Part shown: positions 25,640 through 37,900 of the stretch, piece by piece | Layout of the letters: every line of letters begins with the position of its first letter | Position numbering within the stretch: the first letter of the stretch is position 1 | Assembly (NCBI GenBank): GCA_964276515.1 | Contig: OZ193909.1 | Span: 2,418,001 to 2,482,000 of the forward strand | Direction of reading: 5' to 3' | Source of the DNA: Gordius albopunctatus | Lineage: Eukaryota | DNA length: 64,000 bases | Program-made: the position numbers and the translations under genes | Notes under the pieces: model-generated | What the model was told of the DNA's origin: nothing | Databases searched by the model: none | What the model saw: the letters and a program-made list of their open reading frames with translations, nothing else

Positions 25640-26320
25640 TAGTCATTATACAACAATGTTGATTTGTCATTTGCCTTGTGATTTCTTTTATAATTTTACC
25701 TGAGACGGGAGTATTTCCAATTAATGCATAATACTTCCAATCCATTCAATTAATGTTCTGACATTTTAATTATTAAATGAGCTTCATTTCTTGAGTTTGA
25801 AAACACTTCACTCATAAGTGCATCTGGTTATGAGGAGATAAAAAAGTGTTGCTATATTAAGCAATGGCTATAATTTCAAAAGTTGTTAAAATATCGAGTG
25901 TATTATTGAAACGACAGGTCTCTTGAATTTGATACAAAGCCTTATATCATTTAAATTATAATTTAAAGTTAATGTTTGTGCCATTTAAAAAATCGGAGTA
26001 AGATTCTATCGACAAAATCTTTTCTGAGTTGGCAAAAAACTGCGAAAACAATATTTGAAAGTTGGTTAGATATTGTTATTTTATCAAAAAATGTTCATTT
26101 AGTTGTATAATAAAATTCAAACAGGAAATAAATATGATTAATTTATTTTGCCTCTTAGCAGATTTTTTTAAATCGAAATCATATAATTAGATCCGGCTAA
26201 TAAAATATTGGATGATATTTTTCGTCAACACTGTTTCTTATTTATTTTATTAGAGTTGCAATATCTGCTAGTGAAATGACCTATAGGAAGTCAAGATTTT
26301 TTTGAACAAGCTTGTTTAGT
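25640..26320 (-). mobile_element. Second hAT transposase remnant, degenerate
   Basis: Minus strand ~25820-25720 resembles the dimerisation motif (CFSxLK...MS..xLNGL..LCIN) with frameshifts. Confidence 0.5.
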
Positions 26321-26326
26321 ATTAAG

Positions 26327-28014
26327 TAGTGTTTTGATCTCGTCTCCTTTCAGTCTCAAAAGCAAAATCTAGTCTCGTCTCGGGAGCGATTATAAAAATC
26401 TCGGTCTAGAATAATCTCGTCTCGATTAGAATTCTCGACTTTTAAAAAAATTATATGAAATAAAATTTTCTCCTGTTTTAATAAAATTTTAAATAAGTGT
26501 TAAAAAAATTAACAAAATCGCAAATCTTTATATTTTTGATAAACATTGATACACAAACTTTTTAAAGATTTAGCGCAACACCACATACTATTCCCTAAAG
26601 ATAAAATTTTATATATAAAGTGCAAATTAAAAAAAAACTATAAATAAATTTAAAGTATAGTACGAAAATACCGTTTTTTGTAATATTTTTAAAATAACAT
26701 AATTGAGCATTAAATTTATAATTTAATGGTGGTGTTTATTGAAACTTTCAGTACTCTTGGGAGTGTTTTAGAGATGAAACCTCTATAAAATAAATATACT
26801 AACTGATTGTTAGATTTAAAATTTTATAGTTTTATCAAATTAATTTGTATTGAATTCGCTGTATCTGTCAAATATAAAAGACTTCGATATTTAAAAGTTC
26901 GCCTATAATTGACTTAGTTATATATTTTGGCAAATTGAGATCCCTTTCTGGCTAAAGCCTCAAAGTTGACCTTAACATATTTAAGGCAAACGTCTTAGTC
27001 CATTGATATTACCATCATCAATTATAGCCCATAGAGTTTATTGCAAAGTGCGAGTGATTTTTAATGATAATATTATTTACGGAATTGAGAAAAGTTGCAC
27101 ACATTATAACGTATTATTATAGGATCAAGAACTGAGGTTGTAAACTTTAAATTAAAGTGCACGAATTTTATTTTAGGAGAAAAATCATTATAATCCAATT
27201 TGTATTCTAATTAATTACCTCCCAATTCTAACTAAATTTGCTGTAATATTTATTTATGTAATTGAGTATAAGTTCGTGTATATTTATTTTATATTGCATA
27301 ATTATAGAAATTATAGTAAATTCGAATGCACCTGCTAACCCCAGTTCATAATGTGAAAAGTAATGCATATGATGAAAAATGTATTTACATAATGTCTTAT
27401 TAAGATTCAAAAATTGGGGAGGTATACTATTAGTTGAAGCATAAAAACTTCTAGAAAACTCATGATTTGATCTATTACGGTGTCATCGAAGACTCAATTA
27501 TAAATTTGAAATCGTTTGGCAGGCACAAATGACGCTAGGGTGTTCAAAAAACCTCAAGCCACTTTAGCTTACCGACATAGTTATTCAAACTAATTGACGA
27601 ATAATATATAATTACCGCATCATGCAGGATGAGAAACGGCGAAATTCAAATATGTTTCATTATATTTGCTACTCCATCAAAGCGCATTCTGGGTCTAAGA
27701 TTTTGTAGCTTTTATTAATGGTTAGGATACAAATATGTGATAAATATATTATTAAATTCTCACATAACCTAAGGGCCCATCCATATTTATGTAAATAAAC
27801 TGTAATTGCCAAATTGTAAATTTTTTGAAAAAATATATCATATTTACTACACTTAGGTGTTATTTTAATATCAAATATAATCCTACCATATTGATTTATA
27901 TTTAATACCTTGAATTTAAAACATGCAGATTGCCAAAAAATTCACGTATCGTAAAGCTCGTCTCGACAGAGACGAGACAAGGCAGAGATTTTTCTTGGGT
28001 ATTCCGCATCATTA
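26327..28014. mobile_element. Non-autonomous DNA-transposon-like repeat, copy 2
   Basis: 27045-28014 is colinear with 1234-2156. TCTCG/CGAGA subterminal arrays at both ends; terminus CCGCATCATTA. Confidence 0.7.
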
Positions 28015-28968
28015 AGGTATTTAGATTCTCGCAGAAAACTACTTAAATATTTTAGCTGATTATGGGTTTCGTAGGGCCTAGTATAGGATAATGCTCTATG
28101 AACCTTTTTTCTTATCAAGCGAACAAATTGCGAAATTTAATTTAAAATAAAAAAAATATATATTCTAAGGTATTTATAAATATATAATACAAAAAAGAAT
28201 AATGAATATAATATGAAAGAATATAACCCTTAGAATTAATGATACTAAAATATGATAATTATAAAATCTTTATTAAGACTAGGGGAGGGGACGTGCATGA
28301 ACAGCACACAAAAGAACAACAATGGTTATGTGTGTTAAAATAAATTATTATTACCAACTCGATTTTAGCAACCAAGATTAAAACATATAATTATAGCAAA
28401 AATATAAAAATTTATACCAAATTAAACTATTCATTTTTAATGTATTCACATATATGACAGGTGTTTCTAAGTGTCTTAGTCTTTTAAATATTAATATTGA
28501 TCAATTTTTTTCTAATTTTTCCTAAGAGGGGGAGTGGAAATATTCCCGTTTCCCCTCCCTGGCTACGCCACTCAACACATCTTTTTCATAAGTTGTCTAG
28601 TTGGTGGCCATATATTAAGGACTGTGCTAATAATTCGGTTTGTGTATGATATTGGTTATTCTAGTTAGAGCTAGGAAGTAGCTTAAAATAAGAGTAGACT
28701 TATATTTTGATACAGTAAAGCCACCATTATTTTATGTTTGAGAAGAAACACCCCTCTATGACATTATATTTATTAGCGATATTTGCCACCCATATTTTTT
28801 ATATATCAAATTAATTAATGATCTAGGTTTTTAATTCATTGATTAAATGTATTAGTGTTAAGTCTAGTATTCGATAAGACTTTGTGTTAGCTGACATAGT
28901 ATGAGGACGAGTTGATGTCCCTTGCAAAAATTATCAATGTAACAAATTGCAGTTGCAATTTAATTTAA

Positions 28969-31900
28969 ATGCTCGTAATTTTGTTTATAATTATATTAAT
29001 TTTTCCTCTAAGTTTTATTTTATATATACTGCATTCATATTCAAATTGTAAAAACAAGTATTTGTTTTTTATATACCCTATAATCTGTTAGCTCGCAGGT
29101 CTTTTTCAATGTTCAATGTTGGTTTTGTAATTATTATCACAAAGTACTTAAGGATTTGGCCAATTGTTGGGATTGTCCTAATTGTCATCAATACAATGGA
29201 TTTGCAAAGGTTTGAGTGAAAATTTTATTTATAACTTTGTAAATATATACTTTGATTGTTTTTAAAATTATAGGTAAAACCTATTATAAAGTTTTTTATA
29301 ACTTATACTATTTTTTCTAATTATATTTAACCTATTTATTAAAATATAACTAATACGTTTTTTACTTGCATTAATTTTTGATTCTTTTAGTTTAAGATCA
29401 AATGTGCTCATTCTTTACATATACATTATTTTTAATAAAGATGATTTTTGTGAATGTAACAAACTTTATATAAACCAAACCAAAAATGCTTTAAAAAGGT
29501 TTTTCAAAAGGACACGTTTGTTTGGAAATAATTGTTACAATGACTTTTCTAAAAATCCCCAAATAATTCTGGGAACTCATCAAATGCTGCAACCTCGATT
29601 GGGGTCTCTTTGGCCCCTTTTCCAAAATAGGTCGCCACATCTCCCGCTCCCTTTGCACGGGGTATAAAGGGCGCGGTAATTTTTCGCGTGTAAAGTGCCG
29701 ACCAATCGTTGAGACCCATTTCCAAGAACCAAGGGTGCCCGGATATATCGCTCGTACCGCGATGCAATGTACCGAATCTCCGTACCGTTTCGACGCGTAG
29801 TAAATTGCCAATCAAATCACGTAGGGCCGGACTAAATTCGATGTTGAGGGGAAAAGTGTATCGACCTAAATAAAGCAAAAATATTGAAAAATAAAAAGAA
29901 TATTAAACCTATAATTTAAATTTCGTTGTTTAGATGTGGCTCTGACCGTCACTATAGAAAATGAGATCAAATTTTCTACTTAATTTTGAAACCGAAGCAA
30001 TTAAAAAAAACTAATTTAAGCTGATCAGCTAATTAAACTCGTTAAACTTGATAAATCAGTCTGTAGTAAACATCACAGATCAATGCATGATATTATAAAC
30101 CGACGAACTGTCCTGCTCTAAAAAACGTTTGAATGTCGATCAGCTGATCCGTAACCCACTCAGCTGATATCAGCTGTTTCTCGGGGTGACCGCGCCAAAT
30201 TACCGGAGCAAACGTCACGAAACATGGCGGCCGTTCGGTCGTTTCCCGCGCCGTCGTCGTCGGCCATGTTTGAAAATGGCGCATACCCGGCCGTCATCTC
30301 ATACAGGAGGACGCCTAGAGCCCACCAATCAGCGGCCGCCCCGTAACCTCGACTGGCCACCACTTCCGGTGCCATGTAATCCGGCGTGCCGCAAAATGTA
30401 TAAGTGCGTGCGTCTCGGGATGCCGTCATTTTGGAAAAACCGAAGTCGGTCATCTTTAGATAACCGGTTGGCGCAATCAAAATATTTTCGGGCTTTAAAT
30501 CCCGGTACAGTACGTTGACCCCGTGTAAATAATCGAGTGCCAAGCATACCTGGAGGAAATAAAGGGAATTTATTGCATAAAATCAACGCTCATTTGATTA
30601 GGAGGCTCTAACTTTTTTTAATTAAAATAGAACCACAAATCCACTTAAACAAATCCCCGAATTTTTACAGCATATTTTCAAAGTTAACGTTTTGTGTGAG
30701 AAGCTTGAAAAGTTTATCCTTAAACTAAACAAGTCATAGCTAAACTATATGTTGCTGTGATGATCACCTTATCATCATCATCCATATTATATACACTCTT
30801 TTATAAAGTATAAAATGTAGGGACTAGCCCTCAAGGGCTCTAAAAGCTCCAATTAAGCACATAGCCTTAAATAATACAGATGTATTTTAAGGTATAAATC
30901 TTTTAGTTTAAATTAAATAACAACCGAGAACGAAATGTTAACCTGAAAAATGGATTGGATAAATATTGCAAAAAAAGGCTTTCCCTTTCTCAAACAAATA
31001 TCTAATGTTTAATTTTTGCAAGTGTGGCAAATAAACGGGAAACATCGAAATGAACGCTAAAAACTATCCACATTTTTCGGCTGTGATCGTAAAATATAGA
31101 GTTGTATTCGCAATGCGCCAAAAAGCCACCAGACGTGTGATGGGAAAACCCTGGTCGACCCCCTTAACTTATTAGAAAACGCTTGTCTGTGCATCGGGGT
31201 TTAAGGTGGAAATCAACCTGAAACCTCGAGGGGTCCATATAGCTCAAAATAAATCTTTAGGCTATTACACTCATCAGTCTCACTCAACCTTTAGGTAGGG
31301 TGACGACGACATAAGGTCAATATTTTATCGTAAATTCGATTCTTGAAATGGATGAAAAATTAAACAATTTAACAGCTGCTGCTATTATAGCAACCCAAAC
31401 ATCGTAAAAAATTCACCTGAGCTCCGTAGAAGGCGGCCTGAGGTTCTGGAAACTTCTTCCGTTTTCTCAACTCGGTAAATAACTCTCCGCCCGCCACGAA
31501 TTCCAACACCATGTACAAGTTTGAATTATCCCTAAAACTGGCCTCCATGCTAACCACGATGGGAAAACTCTTGACGCACCACAATATCTTTTTCTCCGAG
31601 AGCACGCTACGCACTTGCTTGAACCGGACGATTTTAGCCTTGTTTTGCACTTTGACCGCGTAAAAGTTGGGAGGGGCCGGGCTTGGGGTTTGCCTCTTCC
31701 CTGCCTTACCCTGAGCAGTAGCCTCCTGGGCTAGTATAACGCGCCCGAAAGAGCCTTCACCCAGCGTCCTTATCAATTGTAGGTCGGCTAGTCCCCTTAT
31801 ACCTAACAACGATTAATTAGTGCTGCAAAAACGGCCGGGTTTTATTTGAGCGACCTTCGGTTTTGGTCGATCAAGCATGAAGGTACCAAAGATTTTTTGG

Positions 31901-34900
31901 TCCCTTTTTCTTAGTCGACCTCTAGCCTTAGTCGAAATTTGAAAAACAGACGTAAAGCGATCGTTAGTCTTAGTAAAACCAAGGGTTGAGCCGACAACAC
32001 CTAGCCACTGATTCGTATGGGTTTTTCTATGAATTGTCGAAATTGAAGGAACATTAAGAGAGGTGCCCCCCACCCCCTCTAAGCTTATCGAGCAACTTTC
32101 GTTGTTTCCCATAGGCTTGAATAGGTGTTCCAAAAATCGAAAAGTAATTCGAGAGATTTTGAGACTTTTAAATACTATGTATTTTGTTATTCAAAGAAGG
32201 GTCATACTTTCTTTATCTCCCAAATAAAACTCTCGGTCTCGAGGACTTCAATGCCACCTAGCTTTAGAAAGCGGAAAAATTGCAATTACTCTACAAGGTG
32301 GACATTAATGTTTTTTGCCTACTAAGCTTATAGGGATGTAGGTGATTAATAAGTTTTTTTTATAATGAATATTGATTAAAGACATGTGTTGTAGTCAAAA
32401 TCGAATTCTTTGCATTAGAATCCATTATTACCACGTTTTAATATTTAACACATTTTTGCATGTAGTATGCTCGCACTTTTTTAATTAGTATTATTTACAT
32501 CTGATTCCACAATATCTGAAAACACAAGCGATGGCATACATGGGCAAATTCAACTTTTTGTTGTATTTATTAAAATTATGGGGCTAAAATTTCAAAAAAT
32601 GATCAATTTGCCCTTCCCTCTAATTCCAACGCTGGCTACGCCCAGGACGGCATATAGAGAATTATACATAAATTGCCACGTGACTTTTAGGCCCCACCCC
32701 CGCCTCCTAGGACAACTGTCGTTGTCGTGTTCAAAATACTGCTCACACGTATTTTATGGGAAATCATTGCATAAATATTTTAGCGATTTCTTTAATCGTG
32801 ATTTTGGTTCTCATTTTAACGGTCTCCCCTCGGCAAGTGAAAGTGGCTATGCCGAAAAATTAATTAATTTTCTGGGTACAAAATTAAGTCTAAATACCTA
32901 ACGTTCAGTATGTGGAATTTTAACCCCAAATCCGCCGTGTAAGAAGGTTGATTTTAAAAAATTTAAATTATATTTCGTAAATTTACAGTTTATATATTTT
33001 ACTTACTAATCGTCTGATGGTAAAATAACTTACACTTTCCTCGTGGGTGGAAATGATCCAACACCAATTCCGTCACCGTCTTCCCGTATCGCCCGTAACT
33101 CAAGGGACTCGTCCCGCCTCCTCCTCGTGTTCCGCCCTCTTTTTCCGTACCTGGGGTGAGGGAGGGCCATGTCCTTTTTGTGGGGGTGAGTGAAGCAGAT
33201 TCGTAAGCCGCCCATTCGCGTCGGAATCGGGCCCGATCCGCGTCCAGCAATCTCCTCACCCTTTCCTCGGCCGCCTTGGCCCTCCGCTTTGCGCTCCTGA
33301 CGTCGGCCCCAGTCGATCCCTGATCAGCTGAATCTGCGTCATGTGACGCGGCGTCAGGTGACTCGCACTGAATGCACGAAAGATTATATACATTTAGCTT
33401 GAGCGAATGAATGAATCTCAACGCGTGGCCTTACAGCTGATTGATAAACCCCAAACGCGTCGGTACGTAACTCGTACCTAACGTGCAAAAGGTGAAATAA
33501 AATTACTGTCTAAGTGAAGATGGCTACGAGCCTCCTCAAAAAGCTGTGGTCAGCTTACGCTGCATCACCTGACTCACACTAAAAGCCCCAAAGATCCTGT
33601 ATTTATTTAGCTAGAACGAATTTAAAGTAGAGCGGAATTGAGCCGTTTAGAAACATCACGTGACTCCCTTTTAGCACAAGAAAGTGTGCTAGAATAAGAT
33701 GGTAGTGTAAAATGGTCACACGGTCGGTTCTTTCATTTACAGCTCATCGCATGTATCAGCTGATGACTTAATGCCACGCAATCACGTGTCGACTCGATCA
33801 GCTGATCGCTGAGTCACGTGCTTCCCGTTTACCACCAAATGATATACAATTTACGATATAAATCTTTGTGCCTGCCTAACTAGAAGCTAGAGATAATTTT
33901 TGGAGAAACAAGACATGCATCCGCTCTGGGCGTTGGCTTGCTTAAAAGATAAAAGGATTCATCCGATTTTGATGCACTCGTAGAAAATTTTCTCAATAAA
34001 TACAGTTCCTTATTTCAGATCTAAGAACCGTGTTTGGTGGAAAAATTGTACGGATTTATTGGTGGTGGGTGATAGCGGTGAGATAGGATAGGAACCCATA
34101 TCAAAGCTTTTTCTTTACAAATTTAACGTTATCTCCTTATTTTCTTATGATTTGTTAATATTTCAATTAGCGAAAAGTAAAAAGTCTTAATAAACGATGA
34201 AGTACCGATAAATTATATTTTTACGGGTTTTAAAGACTAATTAAGAAAGTTGTTTCTCTAATATAATTTTATGATCTAAAACGTTTTACATATTTATAAA
34301 TAATAATTGATACTTTTCCTATATATAAAATGTTATATAGGGATACTGACCGTGGAATTAAATATGCCCATCGTTTTTCATGCGGGTTGGGCATGAGATA
34401 AGGAAAGTGTTTTTATTGAATAAATACGCTTCATGATTTACAAAACATTATTAAAACTCATTTTTTGCCTCTGATCATCGCAACAATCGTTGTAGGTATT
34501 AGTAATTAATTTATACTTCTTTTTAATTTATCCATTAAAAAATAGTTTTTGTTTAAAAAATGGGTAGGTAATATCTCTGATCTTTCATTGTCAAATGGCT
34601 GCTATAAATCCACACTTTTACATCCCTTTATTCTTAATCTTCTATTTAAAATGTATAGAAAAATATCTTAAGTTTTAGCCTCACGCTTAAATTTTACTCT
34701 AATAACGCCAACACATTCTTAATCGAACCAATGGTCGACCAAACGAAACCCGTCAGTTTTTACAACACTAGCCTATAATTTATCCAACATGCCATTCCAT
34801 TTATTCTTTTCTTGGATACATACATATATATATATATATATGTATTGACATTAGTGTTTACTATTATAAGGTTTTCTTTTGGTTCGTCGCCCTTTAATTT

Positions 34901-37900
34901 ATTAATACTAAATTACAACAAATCTCTTGCGAGTGGGATTTGAGTCGAGAAATTAAGATTTTGCCGTGGGATTGAATGTTACTTTCTTCTCTAAAACCTT
35001 TAAACATTTTTAAAGTAATCCAAAAATTTATCTGTCGCGCAGCGTAGGTTTCGCTCACCGAATATATCTATTTTGACGTATAACATATAATATTTGAAAT
35101 AAAACTCTAAAATTTAATATTCTCTGATTTTTAAACCCTCGGCTTGAAATCTTCATTTTTAACCCCAATTCACTCCTCGCAATATGATCAAATTACCCAT
35201 ATTATATCGTTTTTAAAAAGTCTTAATTTCGTTGCCTTTCCGCAATTTTTATCCTTATTATTTTAAATGAAAAAATTATTTTTGATATCAAGGATGGCGG
35301 ATACAACAAACCGATACTAGCCCAATACGATCCCGCACTCAATGCAAAATGTTGTTCCGCCAAATACGACGATGCCTCTCCCGCCGCTTCTGCCAGCCAA
35401 GAGAACAACGGCTTATGCGATAGGTGTAACGCTAATCAATGCTTTAAAATGGCTGGCCTCAACAAATTTTCCCCCCGAAACCAAGTATATTTATTTGGCC
35501 TCCCAAAATTACAGCTGCTGCTATTTCAACTTTTTCTCCTGTGATAGTCACGGGGAAAACCTAGGTTTCGCTAGCCAACCCTTATAGCATAGGCTAGGTT
35601 TTTTAAGAACCTCTAAGAGGCTCTAAGGTTTCATTGACGCCCTAATCCATAAAGATAGGCGGCATTAGCTCAAAATCAACCTAAAACCATAGCTGAATAT
35701 TTTAGAAAAACCTGAGAGCGTAGGTTATAGCGCAAATTAGTCTAAATAGCGCTAGACTAAACCTCTAAGCTAGGTGAGCTAAGGTTACTCGTATATACCC
35801 GAGGATTACGAGAAAAATATACTTCAATGATTTCTCTTTTATTTTTTTGTAACTTTAAATGATAGTTGTTAATTATCATCATCATATTAATAAAATTAGT
35901 TAAAAATCTAATAGTGATTTAATTAAAGTTAAAATTCGGTAAAATTTCCAAATATAAGTTAAAAAATAAATGATCAATATAATTATGTAACACTTGCGCC
36001 GATCTTAGGCTTGTATGAACCAATGAGTTTTTTTACTTTATATGAGATATATTTACATATTATTGGCCTATATCAACTGATTTTACAGCCAAATTCATGT
36101 TTTAGTGCACCTTTTTTAATTATAGCGATATAATATATGAGAATTAGTAAGCTCCTTCTTCTTCTTCTTTATCTGTTATTTGGTCCCCCACAGCCGTCGT
36201 GGGGTTTGTTTTGATAAGTTTTTTTCAACTTGACCGGGTGACCGCCGCCACTTCCATAGCTTTATCACTTGCCCTTACCACGTGACACGGGGTCGTCCTC
36301 TTCCTCTCTTCCCCGGTACCTCCATGTCCAGTACTTTTCGATTTACGTCATCCGGGTCCCTCCTTAGCCATACAACCTTAGCCGATTTTCGTTAATCATG
36401 TCCGTCATAGGTTGAATACCCATTTTTGTCATGATGGAGTCATTCGTCATATGGTCGAGCTTAGTATACCCCAAGCTCCACCGTATCATTCTCATCTCCG
36501 TGGCTTGTAATAGCTTTCCTTCCGTGGTGTTTAATGCCCATGTTTCACTTCCATAGAGTAACACCGGTCTCTTCAACCATATTGGCATTTTCTTGTCGCA
36601 CATTACAGCGGATATACTTCGCCATTTAAGCCATCCTTTTTGAATCCGGGCATTGATTTCAGTTGCGCAACCTCCCTCTTGATGTAGCATAGAGCCGAGG
36701 TATGTGAACCTGTCTACTTTTGGGTACTTTAGATGGTCATACAGCGATAATATGCCTGTACCTTTCATTTCCATGTATACCGTTTTTCGATCGTTGACCT
36801 TTAAACCATATCCAGCTAAGCGCTTTGACCATTTTTCGGCTTCTTCGAATACTTTCTCTCTTGTTTCCTCGCATAGTACTATATCATCGACATATAGCAT
36901 ACACCATTGCGATGGCTTTTGAATGTCCCTCGTTATCGTGTCAATAATTATATTAAATAAAAAGGGACTTAAAGCAGAGTCTTGATGTAATCCAATATTA
37001 ACCCGAAAAGGTTTAGAGTCTCCAACTGTCGTCCTAACGCAAGAGTTTGAAGCTTGATAAATATTTTTCATAAGCCGTATATATGTGTCAGGGATATTTT
37101 GTTTCCTCAGGCACCACCATATTAAGTCGCGGGGGACCGTGTCATAAGCTTTCTCCAAGTCGATAAAAACCATATGTAGGTCTTTCCTCTTTTCACCATA
37201 CTTATCCATCATTTGTCTCAGGGCGAAGATTGGGTCGATTGTGGATTTGCCGGCCACGAATCCGAATTGATTAGCCGATATTTTCACCTCGCTTTTCAGC
37301 CTTGTTACTAAGATCCTTTCCAAAAGCTTCAAGGAGTGGCAAGTTAGCTTGATACCTCTGTAATTGCCGCAGTCCTGAGGGTCTCCTTTCCCTTTGAATA
37401 AAGGTATAATCGTGCTTGCTCTCCATTGATTAGGGATTCGCTCTTCTACCAATATCTTGTTAAGGAGGTTCTTCATGGTGGTGACTCCTTCTTCACGACA
37501 TCCGAGCAATGCTTCCATAGGTATTCCATCTGGGCCATTTGCTTTTCCTTTTTGCATCTTGTTCATTTGTGTCCTAACTTCATCCTCCTGAAAGAGTTCG
37601 ACCATATTTATATTTGGCTCATTTTTGAGAAGAGAATTCTTGTCATTTGCAATATTCATAAGTTTCTTAAAATATCCTTTCTATAACTTCTTTCGGCTTG
37701 AATAAGGTTTGACCCTTCTCGCTTTTGACTATTTTAAGAACTCCGACATCGCGATATCTTGGCCAATTTGTACATTAGCCTATCGCCCCCTTTATGATTC
37801 AGTTTGTTTGCCATCTCGGTGTACGCGGCATTCTTCGCTTTTGCAACGGCCTTTTTTGCGGCCCTCTTTGCGTACCTGTACTCTTGATAATCCTCCGACT

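Noticed and set aside
31813..32901. ORFs at 31813-32133, 32125-32325 and 32578-32901
   Set aside because: They overlap MITE sequence in a kinase intron and show no protein motifs.
29549..33367. Horizontal or retrogene origin of the GC-rich kinase
   Set aside because: It has ordinary spliceosomal introns containing host MITEs and an animal PKA-like sequence; GC content alone is insufficient evidence.
35342..35587. 81-aa ORF as a separate gene
   Set aside because: Alternative frame of TMEM201 exon 3 running into the intron.
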